From NCBI GenBank assembly GCA_964626705.1, contig CAZVGL010000002.1, positions 386 to 64,385 on the forward strand: DNA of 64,000 nt, in the 5' to 3' direction. The notes below the pieces were generated by a model, which was given only the letters and a program-made list of their open reading frames with translations, was not told where the DNA came from and searched no databases. Source of the DNA: an uncultured Candidatus Saccharibacteria bacterium. GTDB taxonomy: Bacteria; Patescibacteriota; Minisyncoccia; Phycocordibacterales; UBA2163. Numbering within the stretch: the stretch's first letter is position 1; each line of letters starts with the position of its first letter. This document shows positions 1 through 11,323 of this stretch, piece by piece. The position numbers and the translations under genes are program-made.

Positions 1-154
1 TGACAATATACATGACTCTGGAAGAAAGTTTAAACTTATAGCTCTTCCTGTAGCTTTTGTACTTTCTTGGGCAATAACAATATTTCAGTACAGGAGATTA
101 GATAAGCAGTTTAAAGACATGGAACGTAAGATCTTGGAGGAAAAAGCGAAATAA
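1..154 (+). CDS. 3' end of upstream small membrane protein, possibly ATP synthase protein I (AtpI/AtpZ-like); partial
   Basis: In-frame ORF from the window edge to TAA at 152-154. It encodes a hydrophobic segment (LIALPVAFVLSWAITIF) followed by a charged tail, and sits immediately upstream of atpB as atpI/atpZ does in many operons. Confidence 0.3.
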   Translation, partial: DNIHDSGRKFKLIALPVAFVLSWAITIFQYRRLDKQFKDMERKILEEKAK

Positions 155-155
155 C

Positions 156-959
156 ATGCTAGATATAATACGAGTACAAAGAGATATACCTGCAATAGGT
201 CCAGATACAGTGTTTACACTATTTGGTTTTCCCGTAACAAGCTCACTTCTTCTAGGTATCGCTATAACTTTATTTATTGCATTTTTAGGAATATTTATAA
301 TAAAACGCTTTAAGAACTCACCAAGCAAATCTCAGACTTTTATAGAGATCATTTACGAAGGAATGGTAGATCTTATAGACCAGATCACAGACAATAGAAA
401 AATCTCAGAGAAAATAATCCCGCTTGTCGGAGCATTGTTTGTATTCATCGGTATTTCTAATTTGATAGAGATAATCCCCGGACTTACAAGCATTACTTAC
501 GGCGATACTGCTATCTTTAGGTCACCGACAACAGACTTCAATACAACTTTTGGTCTAGCACTTGCGATGGTTATCATAGTACAGATAGCATCTATAAAAA
601 GCTGGGGGATATTTGGTTTTTTGGGCAAGTACTTCCAGTTCAAACAAGTCTATCTTGGATTTAGACAAGGTATAGGTCCCGGAGTAATGTCTATAATAGA
701 GTTCCTCATAGGACTTCTAGATATAATATCTGAGATTGCCAAGGTTATATCTCTTTCTTTTAGGCTTTTTGGTAACTTATACGCTGGGCAAGTGCTTGCT
801 GTTATAATCCTCGGATTTATAGCATACTTACTACCTACGCTGTGGTCAGGACTTGGAATACTATTTGGTGTTGTGCAAGCTATCGTATTTGGAGCCCTTG
901 TAACAGCATATTATACGATAGGACTAAAGCCTGAAGATGAGGTCGTGCCGACGACATAA
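156..959 (+). CDS. atpB: F0F1 ATP synthase subunit a
   Basis: 267 aa polytopic membrane protein with the conserved essential Arg motif region (LSFRLFGNLYAGQ). It is first in an atpBEFHAGDC order. Confidence 0.9.
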   Translation: MLDIIRVQRDIPAIGPDTVFTLFGFPVTSSLLLGIAITLFIAFLGIFIIKRFKNSPSKSQTFIEIIYEGMVDLIDQITDNRKISEKIIPLVGALFVFIGISNLIEIIPGLTSITYGDTAIFRSPTTDFNTTFGLALAMVIIVQIASIKSWGIFGFLGKYFQFKQVYLGFRQGIGPGVMSIIEFLIGLLDIISEIAKVISLSFRLFGNLYAGQVLAVIILGFIAYLLPTLWSGLGILFGVVQAIVFGALVTAYYTIGLKPEDEVVPTT

Positions 960-1005
960 AACAAACGCTTAGTGCATATTATTAACAATTTTAATATAAA
1001 TTATT

Positions 1006-1224
1006 ATGGAAGAAATAGAATCAGCAAGACTAATAGCAAAAGGGCTCGCAACAATATCAATGTTCGGATCTGCTGTTGGTGAGGGATACCTTATAGGTAA
1101 AGCTCTAGAAGCAATGGGAAGAAACCCTGAGATGTCAGGTCAACTTTTCTCTAAGATGATCATCGGTGTGGCTATGGCAGAATCAACAGCGATTTATGCT
1201 TTGGTAGCATTCTTCATCATTTAA
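1006..1224 (+). CDS. atpE: F0F1 ATP synthase subunit c
   Basis: 72 aa two-helix proteolipid (GLATISMFGSAVGEG...AMAESTAIYALV) with a conserved carboxylate in helix 2. Confidence 0.9.
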   Translation: MEEIESARLIAKGLATISMFGSAVGEGYLIGKALEAMGRNPEMSGQLFSKMIIGVAMAESTAIYALVAFFII

Positions 1225-1236
1225 TAGAAATAAAAT

Positions 1237-1731
1237 ATGGATTTATTAGAAGTATTAGGAAATATAGGTTTTGACTGGAAGCTCGCTCTTGCGAATCTTG
1301 TTAATTTTCTTATTATCTACTATTTACTTAAAAGATATGCTTTTGGACCAATCAGTAAAATGATAAACGAAAGAAAGCAAAAGGTTGAAGAAGGTATACA
1401 GGCAGCCAAAAATGCAGAGGACGAGCTCGCAATATCAAAAGAAGAAAGCGACAAGATAATTAAAGATGCAAAACACGAATCAAATGCTATCGTGGCAAAA
1501 GCACACGACCAAGCTAAAGCCCTACTTGAACACGCAAATATACAGTCTACAAAAGATAAAGACAACATGCTTTCAAATGCTCAAGAAAGAATAGAAAAAG
1601 AAAGACGAGAGATGGAAACAGCATTACAAGCAGAAGTATCTGACCTTATTGTACTTAGTACAGAAAAGATAATAGATAAAGATGTACCTAAAGATATGCA
1701 CGAAAAGATAATAGAAAGCATGACTAAGTAA
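1237..1731 (+). CDS. atpF: F0F1 ATP synthase subunit b
   Basis: 164 aa: an N-terminal TM helix followed by a long charged coiled-coil (KQKVEEGIQAAKNAEDEL...). Position in the operon supports the call. Confidence 0.8.
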   Translation: MDLLEVLGNIGFDWKLALANLVNFLIIYYLLKRYAFGPISKMINERKQKVEEGIQAAKNAEDELAISKEESDKIIKDAKHESNAIVAKAHDQAKALLEHANIQSTKDKDNMLSNAQERIEKERREMETALQAEVSDLIVLSTEKIIDKDVPKDMHEKIIESMTK

Positions 1732-1732
1732 T

Positions 1733-2128
1733 ATGATAAAAACAGAAAACATAGCACGTGCTTTAATAGGACTTATAGAAGATGGAAATGATCCAAAAGA
1801 TGTTGTGGATAATTTTGTAAATTTTGCAAAAAAACACAATATGGAAAGTAGGATTAAAAACGTATTGAACGTACTTGAAGATAAGCTGAATAAAGAGGTA
1901 GAGCATGAAACTATGTATATAAAAACAGCGCATGATGTACCAGCGAAACTATTAACAGAGATCAAAAAGTATCTAAAGCTTCCAGAAGATGCACCAAGCC
2001 ATGTATCTCTTGATAAAAAAATACTAGGAGGCTTCAGGGTTTCATACAAAAATAAATTATATGAATACGGTTTGAAACTAAGGTTGAACAAACTAAAAAA
2101 TCACTTACACTCTAATCACTTAAAATAA
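1733..2128 (+). CDS. atpH: F0F1 ATP synthase subunit delta (short form)
   Basis: 131 aa with a C-terminal [24 protein letters not shown] typical of delta/OSCP. It lies between atpF and atpA. Confidence 0.7.
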   Translation: MIKTENIARALIGLIEDGNDPKDVVDNFVNFAKKHNMESRIKNVLNVLEDKLNKEVEHETMYIKTAHDVPAKLLTEIKKYLKLPEDAPSHVSLDKKILGGFRVSYKNKLYEYGLKLRLNKLKNHLHSNHLK

Positions 2129-2129
2129 T

Positions 2130-3626
2130 ATGAGCACTGAATCTTTAATAAAAAATCTAAAAAACAAAATACAAAACTTTGAGGCCACTCCTGAAGTAAA
2201 TGAGATAGGTCATGTAGTAGAAGTAAACGATGGTATAGCTAAAATATCCGGGCTTTCTAAATGCCAGATGTCAGAGATGCTTACTTTCTCAGACAATACT
2301 ATGGGTATTGCTCTAAACCTAGAAGAATACACTGTCGGAGCTATCATAATAGGTGATTACAGTAATATTAAAGAAGGAGATATTGTAAAAAGAACTGGGG
2401 AAATACTTTCTATACCAGTCGGAAATGACTTTATCGGAAGAACTGTAGACCCGCTTTGCACACCACTTGATGGTAAGGGCGACATACATAAAGATGCAGA
2501 TTATCTTGTAGAAAGGATGGCTCCTGCGGTGATGGACAGAGAACCTGTAGACCAGCCTCTAAGTACAGGGATTAAAGCTATCGATACTATGATACCTATA
2601 GGTAGAGGACAAAGAGAGCTCATAATAGGTGACAGACAGACAGGTAAAACTACAGTTGCTATAGACACAATACTTAATCAAAAAGGAAATGATATGGTGT
2701 GTGTGTATGTGGCTATAGGACAAAAGAAATCAAAAGTCGCAAGAACCATAAAGACACTCGAGGAAGCAGGTGCAATGACTTACACCACCGTAGTACTTGC
2801 AGGTTCATCAGACGGACCTGCAATGTCATACCTTGCTCCATATGCTGGAGTGACTATTGCAGAATATTTTATGGATCAAGGTAAAGATGTTCTAGTGGTT
2901 TATGATGATCTTTCAAAACACGCCGTAAGTTATAGAGAGATATCACTACTTTTGAGACGCCCTCCTGGACGAGAAGCATATCCTGGAGATGTGTTTTACC
3001 TGCATTCAAGACTACTTGAACGCGCAGCAAGAAGAAACTCTGAATCTGGTGGTGGATCTATAACAGCACTTCCTATAGTAGAGACTCAAGCAGGAGACAT
3101 CTCTGCATACATACCTACTAATGTTATTTCAATAACAGACGGGCAAATATTTTTAGAATCAGAACTATTTCACAAAGGAATAAGGCCTGCCATAAATGTA
3201 GGACTTTCTGTGTCTCGTGTGGGAGGAGCAGCACAGATCAAGTCAATGAAGAAGACTTCTGGAAAGATGAAACTTTCTCTAGCGCAGTTCAGAGAACTAG
3301 AGGCGTTTTCACAGTTTGCATCTGATCTTGATGAAGAAACAAAGAAGACTTTAAACAGAGGGCGTGTTCTTACAGAACTTTTGAAACAACCTCAGTATTC
3401 TCCAGTAAAAACTGGTCTGCAAGTAGCACTTATATACGCTGCAAACAATGGTCACATAGATGATCTTGAGATCTTCCACGTTGAAAAGTGGGGAAGTGAT
3501 TTTTCTGATTTTCTTGAAGCAAGTAAGAGTGACCTACTTAAAGATATAGAAAACTCTTGGGACGAGGATATAGAAGGGCGACTGAAAGATGCAGTAGGTG
3601 AGTTCATGCAAACCAGAGAAGAGTAG
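2130..3626 (+). CDS. atpA: F0F1 ATP synthase subunit alpha
   Basis: 498 aa. Walker A GDRQTGKT and conserved alpha-subunit blocks ([64 protein letters not shown]). Confidence 0.95.
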   Translation: MSTESLIKNLKNKIQNFEATPEVNEIGHVVEVNDGIAKISGLSKCQMSEMLTFSDNTMGIALNLEEYTVGAIIIGDYSNIKEGDIVKRTGEILSIPVGNDFIGRTVDPLCTPLDGKGDIHKDADYLVERMAPAVMDREPVDQPLSTGIKAIDTMIPIGRGQRELIIGDRQTGKTTVAIDTILNQKGNDMVCVYVAIGQKKSKVARTIKTLEEAGAMTYTTVVLAGSSDGPAMSYLAPYAGVTIAEYFMDQGKDVLVVYDDLSKHAVSYREISLLLRRPPGREAYPGDVFYLHSRLLERAARRNSESGGGSITALPIVETQAGDISAYIPTNVISITDGQIFLESELFHKGIRPAINVGLSVSRVGGAAQIKSMKKTSGKMKLSLAQFRELEAFSQFASDLDEETKKTLNRGRVLTELLKQPQYSPVKTGLQVALIYAANNGHIDDLEIFHVEKWGSDFSDFLEASKSDLLKDIENSWDEDIEGRLKDAVGEFMQTREE

Positions 3627-3647
3627 GTTGCAAAAGCTAAATTCAAA

Positions 3648-4559
3648 ATGAGTAATACAAAACTAATCAAAACAAAGATGGCCTCCGTAGGTAATATGAA
3701 AAAGATTACCAAAGCAATGGAGATGGTCTCAAGAAGTAAGATGAAGAAAGACGTCGGTCTTGCTGTTAATACGCGTGCATATGCTACACGCGCACTTGAG
3801 CTTATGGTTAGTCTCTCTAATGAAACTATGGAGAAAAACCAGTTTCTAATAGCACCCAAAAATACTGATAAAGTACTTATAATACATATTGCATCTAATA
3901 AAGGGCTTTGTGGTGGATACAACTCTTCATCTCTTAGAGCTCTAAATAGTTATTTAATAAGAAGAAGTGATGAAGTAGAGTTTATAACAGTTGGCAAGTA
4001 TGCAAAAAGGCATGCAGAAAATAGTGGGCGAACTACTTTAGAAAAGTTTGAAGACTTCCCAGAAACACCTAAAGTAGAAGATGTGACTGAACTTGGAGAT
4101 CTTGTAATAAAGAAATTCTTATCAGGAGAATATAAAAAAGTTTTGATCTCTTACACAAAGTACGTCTCTGCATTTCATCAGGTACCTACTATACGAAAGA
4201 TCTTGCCACTTTCTTCTATGAGTTTGAAAAACGTAATAGATGAACTTGGTGTTGTAGATACTGGTGAAGAAAACATCGAAGAAGTAGATATAAAGAACCC
4301 CAAGCAATACATATATGAACCAAATGAAGACGCTATTTTAAATATAGTAGTACCAAGACTTGCAAAGCTTCAGATTTATCAAGCATTACTAGAGTCAAAT
4401 GCAAGTGAACAGAGCTCTAGGATGGTAGCGATGAAGAATGCGACAGACAATGCAGACAAGATGGGTAAAGAATTACTCTTAAGTTACAACAAAGCTCGGC
4501 AGGCGGGTATTACAAAAGAGATACTGGAGATCGCGGCCGGTGCAGACGCAGTAAGTTGA
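3648..4559 (+). CDS. atpG: F0F1 ATP synthase subunit gamma
   Basis: 303 aa. N-terminal IKTKMASVGNMKKITKAMEMVSRSKM and C-terminal NKARQAGITKEILEI are hallmark gamma-subunit termini. Confidence 0.9.
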   Translation: MSNTKLIKTKMASVGNMKKITKAMEMVSRSKMKKDVGLAVNTRAYATRALELMVSLSNETMEKNQFLIAPKNTDKVLIIHIASNKGLCGGYNSSSLRALNSYLIRRSDEVEFITVGKYAKRHAENSGRTTLEKFEDFPETPKVEDVTELGDLVIKKFLSGEYKKVLISYTKYVSAFHQVPTIRKILPLSSMSLKNVIDELGVVDTGEENIEEVDIKNPKQYIYEPNEDAILNIVVPRLAKLQIYQALLESNASEQSSRMVAMKNATDNADKMGKELLLSYNKARQAGITKEILEIAAGADAVS

Positions 4560-4584
4560 TAATTAATAATTTCGTAAAATATAA

Positions 4585-5979
<1,395 letters not shown>

Positions 5980-6016
5980 CACGGAGGTTCAACCTCCGTG
6001 TTAGAAATATAATGAG

Positions 6017-6277
6017 ATGAATAAAATCAATTTGGAAATAGTTACTCTAGAAGGAGTGGCTTATAAAGAAGAAGTAGTATCAGTAACACTGTCTACAGAA
6101 AGTGGTATGGTAGGTATCTTTGCTAATCACACTCCACTTGTGTCTATTATAAAAGAAGGGGAGATTGTAATAAAAGAAGAAGACGGCACAGTGCGTTTTA
6201 GAACATCAGAAGGAGTGCTCGAAGTCCGCCCCAAAAGCGAAGTGATACTTGTTGTAGACAAAGTAGAAAAAATTTAA
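6017..6277 (+). CDS. atpC: F0F1 ATP synthase subunit epsilon, N-terminal beta-sandwich domain only
   Basis: 86 aa matching the epsilon N-domain (LEIVTLEGVAYKEEVVSV...GMVGIFANHTPL). The usual C-terminal two-helix domain is absent. Confidence 0.75.
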   Translation: MNKINLEIVTLEGVAYKEEVVSVTLSTESGMVGIFANHTPLVSIIKEGEIVIKEEDGTVRFRTSEGVLEVRPKSEVILVVDKVEKI

Positions 6278-6319
6278 ATAAAAAAACAAGGACTATGCCT
6301 TGTGTGTGAGATCGAGCTG

Positions 6320-6345
6320 CCCCACCTCATGAAGAGGTGGGGGCT
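6320..6345 (+). terminator. stem-loop downstream of atpC (ccccacctc / gaggtgggg)
   Basis: 9-bp GC-rich inverted repeat with a 5-nt loop, 40 nt after the atpC stop. The T-rich run follows only after a short spacer. Confidence 0.4.
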
Positions 6346-6700
6346 ATAGCTCCTTGTATTTTTGCGCCTTATTTACAGCTTCGACTAAGGTCTTAGAATT
6401 CATTTTAAGAATTGTGGAGTCTCAAGGATGTTTTATACTACTACTAAAATAAGTAGGAATTTCATCATTTCACTTATCTCCTTTCTACGCAAAGTTAAAA
6501 ACGGATAAAAAGAACAGGCGCTACTACATAATCCACTATTAAGTCCTGAGAGACTGTTAAAAAAATAGTGGACAAAACATTTTTTTGTTTTTCTTATTAT
6601 GCACCCCCTTTCTGGCTCTTATTATTACAGACGAGGAGTCAGTTAGAACTAAAAGTGATTATATACTCGATATATATCCTTGTCAAGAATTTTTTAAAAT

Positions 6701-6740
6701 GAAAAAGCAAGGGCTGTGCTACTTATAGCCCTTGCTTTAA
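6701..6740 (-). terminator. rho-independent terminator for the minus-strand gene 6743..7117
   Basis: 11-bp perfect stem (aagcaagggct / agcccttgctt) with an A-tract on the plus strand, which is a U-tract on the minus transcript. It lies immediately 3' of the minus-strand stop. Confidence 0.55.
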
Positions 6741-6742
6741 AC

Positions 6743-7117
6743 TCAATACTCATGCATTTGAAGGATCTGTTCATTTGGATCTTTTAGGTCAAGATGAGCT
6801 TGTGAATCTTCTGTGTAAGTCTTTTTATTTTTTACACAAAGAGTTTTATCAATTTCTTCTTCAACAACCTCCTCTTTCTCCTTATGCTTACCGAAGAATG
6901 AACCTACGGCTGATCTGTAATACTTAGAATTTGATGACAATTCTAACTCCGTAATACATTCCGTGACAAGACAAATGAACCTATGTCCTTTAATGTATGG
7001 TTTCATCTTGCCTGAAAGATTACTGACAAGCCTTCCAAACCTTTCAAAATCCATAATTTTCTGTGTACCTTCTGCAACTATCATAGCAGCAGTAAGCTCT
7101 TTAAACATACTATACAT
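6743..7117 (-). CDS. hypothetical protein (124 aa)
   Basis: Clean ORF on the minus strand with its own terminator, divergent from the infA promoter. No family recognised. Confidence 0.5.
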   Translation of the reverse strand: MYSMFKELTAAMIVAEGTQKIMDFERFGRLVSNLSGKMKPYIKGHRFICLVTECITELELSSNSKYYRSAVGSFFGKHKEKEEVVEEEIDKTLCVKNKKTYTEDSQAHLDLKDPNEQILQMHEY

Positions 7118-7264
7118 GGCTTTTTCTCCCTAAAAATTAGAAAGGCTAATGTACAAAATGCTCTCAATTCCTATCCAAAGCATACCAAGAAATATGACTT
7201 TGTCAATGTCAAGATGTGGATATTCAAGAAAACGCCTTATTATGCGGTTTTCCACGTAAAAAGC

Positions 7265-7294
7265 TTGACTTTATATGTACTATTTTGGTATTAT
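7265..7294 (+). promoter_or_regulatory. sigma70-like promoter for the infA-rpmJ-rpsM... operon
   Basis: TTGACT (7265-7270), 18-nt spacer, TGgTATTAT extended -10 (7286-7294). This leaves about a 10-nt leader to the infA ATG at 7312. Confidence 0.45.
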
Positions 7295-7311
7295 GTCCTC
7301 ATTGTCAAAAA

Positions 7312-7527
7312 ATGGTAAATAAAGAACCACAGGAAATAAACGGCGTAGTAGATGAAGCATTACCAAATGCATTGTTTAGAATAACTCTTGAGAACCAAGA
7401 GGAGCCAATTATCGGGTATCTTTCAGGAAAGATGCGTAAATACCGTATAAAAGTTCTTGTGGGGGACAAAGTAATTGTCTTAACTGATCCATACGGAGGA
7501 AAAGGAAGGATCATTAAGAGATTGTAA
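7312..7527 (+). CDS. infA: translation initiation factor IF-1
   Basis: 71 aa (GVVDEALPNALFRITLENQEEPIIGYLSGKMRKYRIKVLVGDKVIVLTDPYGGKGRIIKRL), a strong IF-1 match. The ORF-track start at 7216 is an upstream extension. The ATG at 7312 fits the promoter and the IF-1 length. Confidence 0.85.
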   Translation: MVNKEPQEINGVVDEALPNALFRITLENQEEPIIGYLSGKMRKYRIKVLVGDKVIVLTDPYGGKGRIIKRL

Positions 7528-7603
7528 AATTAAAGATCAAAAATGCAAGATGGCAACTTAAACTGTCATTTTACATTTTTGATATTTATATCTGTTTTAA
7601 TAC

Positions 7604-7717
7604 ATGAAAGTAAAAGCATCAGTAAAAAAAATATGTGCGCAGTGCAAAACTGTGAGAAGAAAACGTCGTGTGTGTGTGATTTGTACGAACCCACGTCATA
7701 AACAAAGACAAGGATAA
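7604..7717 (+). CDS. rpmJ: 50S ribosomal protein L36
   Basis: 37-aa [40 protein letters not shown]. It is below the ORF-track size cut-off, has the classic L36 zinc-ribbon sequence, and sits between infA and rpsM. Confidence 0.85.
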   Translation: MKVKASVKKICAQCKTVRRKRRVCVICTNPRHKQRQG

Positions 7718-7721
7718 TATT

Positions 7722-8096
7722 ATGCGAATTTCAGGAATAACAATACCAGAAAAGAGAATAGAGTACGGACTAACAGCCGTATACGGTATTGGTTTGTCTA
7801 AATCACAAGAGCTTCTAGACAAAGCAAAGATAGACAGAAGTATAAAACCAGCAGAACTTTCAGCTGATCAAGAAAATGAAATAAGAAAACTTGTAGAAGA
7901 GCGAACTATTGAAGGTGAACTTCGAAGAGAAGTATCAGGAAATATTAAAAGACTAAAAGATATAAAGTCTTATAGAGGGTCACGACACTCGAAAAAACTT
8001 CCTGCAAGAGGGCAGAGAACAAAGACAAACTCTAGAACTCTAAAGGGTGCGAAGAAGACCATGGGTTCTGGTAAAAAGAAACTAGATAAGAAATAG
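7722..8096 (+). CDS. rpsM: 30S ribosomal protein S13
   Basis: 124 aa: MRISGITIPEKRIEYGLTAVYGIGLSKSQELL...RGQRTKTNSRTLKG. Confidence 0.95.
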   Translation: MRISGITIPEKRIEYGLTAVYGIGLSKSQELLDKAKIDRSIKPAELSADQENEIRKLVEERTIEGELRREVSGNIKRLKDIKSYRGSRHSKKLPARGQRTKTNSRTLKGAKKTMGSGKKKLDKK

Positions 8097-8097
8097 T

Positions 8098-8532
8098 ATG
8101 GGAAAGAAAAGAATTATAAAAAAAGCAGGGGGTGAAGTAGATAAGGGATTACAATCTCGTTCTCTTGCGCGTCTATCTAAAAAGAAACTAGAAACTGGTA
8201 TACTTCACGTACAAGCAACATATAACAACACTAAACTGATATTCACAGATACGAAAGGTGGTGCTATCATGTGGTCGTCTTCTGGAGCTCTAGGTTTTAA
8301 AGGAGCAAAGAAAGGTACACCTTTTGCAGCAGCAAAAGTGGGGGAGCTTCTTGGTGAAAAGGCTTCAATGATAGGTGTGAAGAATGCCGATGTTGTTATA
8401 AAGGGAGTAGGAGGAGGAAGAGAATCAGCAATACGTGGATTTACCGCAAAAGGTATACAGATTAGTTCAATAAAAGACACTACACCAGTGCCACATAACG
8501 GTCCGCGCCCAAAGAAAGCGCGACGCGTATAA
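8098..8532 (+). CDS. rpsK: 30S ribosomal protein S11
   Basis: 144 aa: ILHVQATYNNTKLIFTDTKGGAIMWSSSGALGFKGAKKGTPFAA...PHNGPRPKKARRV. Confidence 0.95.
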   Translation: MGKKRIIKKAGGEVDKGLQSRSLARLSKKKLETGILHVQATYNNTKLIFTDTKGGAIMWSSSGALGFKGAKKGTPFAAAKVGELLGEKASMIGVKNADVVIKGVGGGRESAIRGFTAKGIQISSIKDTTPVPHNGPRPKKARRV

Positions 8533-8542
8533 AATAATAATT

Positions 8543-9160
8543 ATGATAATAGGCCCAAAATACAAAATATGTAAAAGACTAGGAAGCGGAGTGTTTGATA
8601 AATGTCAAACACATAAGTTTACGCTTGCTGAAGAAAAGTCAAAAAAGAGAAGCAGTTCATCAAGACGACCTCGACAGATGTCTGAATATGGAAAACAGCT
8701 TATAGAAAAACAGAAAATGCGATATACATATGGCGTTGCGGAAAAACAACTTACAAGGTATGTAAAAGAAGCTATTGCAAGAAAAGACTCAAAGCCTGCG
8801 ACACAGCTTATAGAAAACCTTGAATCACGACTTGATAATGTTGTTTACAGACTTGGACTTGCGAAAAGTAGACAAATGGCAAGGCAGATGGTGTCTCACG
8901 GACACATTACCATTAACGGAAGAAAAGTTACAATACCTTCATATAGAATATCGAAAGGATTAAAGATCGGTATAAGAGAAGGAAGTCGTGACAGCGGACT
9001 GTTTTCAACTACGAAAGAAGATTTGAAAGACCATAAGAATCCTTCTTGGGTTATATTTGACGAAAAGACCTTAGAAGGAGAGGTAAAAGGTAAGCCAGTA
9101 GTAGACGCAACAGAGCTATTGTTCGATATAAGTTCTGTTTTGGAATATTATAGTAGGTAG
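8543..9160 (+). CDS. rpsD: 30S ribosomal protein S4
   Basis: 205 aa. S4 domain (LDNVVYRLGLAKSRQMARQMVSHGHITINGRKVTIPSYRISKGLKI). Position in the operon supports the call. Confidence 0.9.
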   Translation: MIIGPKYKICKRLGSGVFDKCQTHKFTLAEEKSKKRSSSSRRPRQMSEYGKQLIEKQKMRYTYGVAEKQLTRYVKEAIARKDSKPATQLIENLESRLDNVVYRLGLAKSRQMARQMVSHGHITINGRKVTIPSYRISKGLKIGIREGSRDSGLFSTTKEDLKDHKNPSWVIFDEKTLEGEVKGKPVVDATELLFDISSVLEYYSR

Positions 9161-9202
9161 TTTTAATAAGATAATATATTTATTAATTTAATTTAAAATA
9201 CT

Positions 9203-10177
9203 ATGTCAGAATACAACGTATCACTCCCATCAAAACCTAAAATAGTTTCTGAAGAGGAGTTCAAAGGAACATATGAAATAGACGGTCTTTATCCAGGGTA
9301 TGGTCATACTCTTGGTAATTCTTTGCGAAGGATCGTTCTATCATCTCTTCCAGGAGCTGCAATTACCTCTGTGAAAATAGAAGGTGTACAACATGAATTT
9401 TCAACAATGGATGGAGTAAAAGAAGACGTTATAAATATATTACTTAATCTAAAAAAAGTAAGACTTCAGATGCTTACTGATGAGCCTCAAACTATTTCAA
9501 TAGAAGTAAAAGGTCAAAAAACAGTTACTGCAAGTGATATAAAAACACCAGCACAAGTAGAAGTACTTAACCCAGACCAGCACATAGCAGAAATAACAGA
9601 CAAGAAAGGAGAGCTTATTGTCGAACTTACAGTGGAGCGCGGTATGGGGTATGTATCAAAAGATGTACTACAAAAAGACAAGGTAGACATAGGAGTAATA
9701 GCACTTGATGCTATCTTTACGCCAATAAAGAGGGTAAACTACGAAGTCGAAAACATGCGTGTTGGAGACAGAACAGACTTTAACAGACTGCGAATGTTTA
9801 TAGAAACAGACGGTACTATCACAGCACACGAAGCGCTTGAAAAATCAATAGAGATAATGATCAACCAGCTTAAAGCGATTATCGGTTTTAAAGAAGAAGA
9901 AATAGAAGCAGAAATTGTTTCTGGGACAGAAGATAGTGCCGAAGAAAATGTAGAAAAAGCAGAAGAAGAAGTTGATACAGAATTTCTAAAGACAAGAATA
10001 GAATCACTCAATCTTTCAGCGAGAAACATAAATGCTCTAGCAGCTGCAAATATACGAACAGTAGGTGGCTTGGCCCGCAAGAAAGAAGAAGATATTCTAG
10101 AGATCGAAGGACTTGGAAAGAAAGGGGTTCAGGAGATAAAGAGAATGCTTGGAAATTACGGTATTATTTTGAAATAA
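9203..10177 (+). CDS. rpoA: DNA-directed RNA polymerase subunit alpha
   Basis: 324 aa. N-terminal dimerisation domain (YGHTLGNSLRRIVLSSLPGAAITSVKIEGVQHEFST) and C-terminal alpha-CTD (LNLSARNINALAAANIRTVGGL). Confidence 0.95.
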   Translation: MSEYNVSLPSKPKIVSEEEFKGTYEIDGLYPGYGHTLGNSLRRIVLSSLPGAAITSVKIEGVQHEFSTMDGVKEDVINILLNLKKVRLQMLTDEPQTISIEVKGQKTVTASDIKTPAQVEVLNPDQHIAEITDKKGELIVELTVERGMGYVSKDVLQKDKVDIGVIALDAIFTPIKRVNYEVENMRVGDRTDFNRLRMFIETDGTITAHEALEKSIEIMINQLKAIIGFKEEEIEAEIVSGTEDSAEENVEKAEEEVDTEFLKTRIESLNLSARNINALAAANIRTVGGLARKKEEDILEIEGLGKKGVQEIKRMLGNYGIILK

Positions 10178-10184
10178 ATTAAAC

Positions 10185-10541
10185 ATGCGACATCATAACA
10201 AAAACAAAAAGTTTGGGAGAGTAAGAAAACAAAGAACAGCACTTATGCGTTCTCTTGCACGCTCTTTAATATTGCACGATAGAATACAAACAACAGAAGC
10301 AAAAGCAAAAGCTTTACGACCATTTATAGAAAAACTTATTACAAAAGGTAAAGATGGGTCAATAGCAGCAAGACGACTTATATTAAGTAGACTTGGTGGA
10401 AGCACTGATGCAACAACTAAACTATTTGATACACTATCTCCAAAATACAAAGAAAGGACTGGTGGTTATACAAGAGTTACAAAAACTGGTACTAGAGTAG
10501 GAGATGCGGCAAAAGAAGCTATAATAGAGTTTGTAAAATAA
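10185..10541 (+). CDS. rplQ: 50S ribosomal protein L17
   Basis: 118 aa: MRHHNKNKKFGRVRKQRTALMRSLARSLILHDRIQTTEAKAKALRPFIEKLIT. Confidence 0.9.
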   Translation: MRHHNKNKKFGRVRKQRTALMRSLARSLILHDRIQTTEAKAKALRPFIEKLITKGKDGSIAARRLILSRLGGSTDATTKLFDTLSPKYKERTGGYTRVTKTGTRVGDAAKEAIIEFVK

Positions 10542-10545
10542 AATT

Positions 10546-10893
10546 ATGAAAAAGATAGAGATAAATGCAGAAGGAGAAAAACTAGGACGAATCGCTACAA
10601 AAGCGGCGGCATTTTTGATTGGCAAAAACGATGTTTCATTTGCACGAAATAAAGTTCTAGACATAGAGGTTAAGGTTATAAACGTATCAAAAATGGATGT
10701 TTCAGATAATAAGAAAGATAGTAAATTATACAAACATTATACGGGATATCCGGGAGGACTGAGGGAAGAGAAAATGGGAAAGATTATAACTAAAAAGGGA
10801 TATGGGGAAACAGTAAAAAAGGCAGTGTACGGTATGCTACCACATAACAAACTTAGACCAATAAGAATGAAGCTATTAACTACAGAAGAATAA
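10546..10893 (+). CDS. rplM: 50S ribosomal protein L13
   Basis: 115 aa: IDAEGQ-type N-terminus (INAEGEKLGRIATKAAAFLIGK), plus YKHYTGYPGGLRE and GMLPHNKL. Confidence 0.9.
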   Translation: MKKIEINAEGEKLGRIATKAAAFLIGKNDVSFARNKVLDIEVKVINVSKMDVSDNKKDSKLYKHYTGYPGGLREEKMGKIITKKGYGETVKKAVYGMLPHNKLRPIRMKLLTTEE

Positions 10894-10894
10894 T

Positions 10895-11317
10895 ATGACA
10901 ACGAAAGATAAACAAAAAATATCATCTACTCACTATATAGAAGCTATAGGTAGAAGAAAGAACGCCATAGCTCGCGTGCGTATTTTCACTGGGAGTAAAA
11001 ATGCTTATAAAATAAACGACCGAACTCTTGAAGACTATTTCCCAGTTAATGAAACTCAAAATAATATAAAAAAAGTATTTGAAGTTGTTGATATTCCTGA
11101 GAAGTTTGATGTATCAGTTCATGTGAAAGGTGGTGGAGTATCTGCACAATCAGATGCTATATTACTTGGTATTGCAAGATCACTTATATTATTTGATCCA
11201 GAACTTAGAGACACTCTTAAAAAAGAAGGATACCTGAAACGAGATGCTAGAGTAAAAGAAAGAAAGAAACCAGGACTCAAGAAAGCTCGAAAAGCCTCAC
11301 AATGGAGTAAACGATAA
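10895..11317 (+). CDS. rpsI: 30S ribosomal protein S9
   Basis: 140 aa ending ...ARKASQWSKR (canonical S9 C-terminus). Contains GRRKNAIARVRI. Confidence 0.9.
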   Translation: MTTKDKQKISSTHYIEAIGRRKNAIARVRIFTGSKNAYKINDRTLEDYFPVNETQNNIKKVFEVVDIPEKFDVSVHVKGGGVSAQSDAILLGIARSLILFDPELRDTLKKEGYLKRDARVKERKKPGLKKARKASQWSKR

Positions 11318-11323
11318 TCTACT

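Noticed and set aside
98-328. 76-aa minus-strand ORF overlapping the atpB start
   Set aside because: It lies antisense to a strongly conserved membrane-protein gene, has no RBS or promoter context, and its composition mirrors the sense codons. Typical shadow ORF.
6278-6742. tmRNA or another known housekeeping RNA in the long spacer
   Set aside because: I looked for a tRNA-like T-arm/acceptor (GGTTCGA..CCA) and a tag-peptide reading frame ending in hydrophobic-AA-stop on both strands and found neither. The GGGGC at 6339 is part of a terminator-like hairpin.
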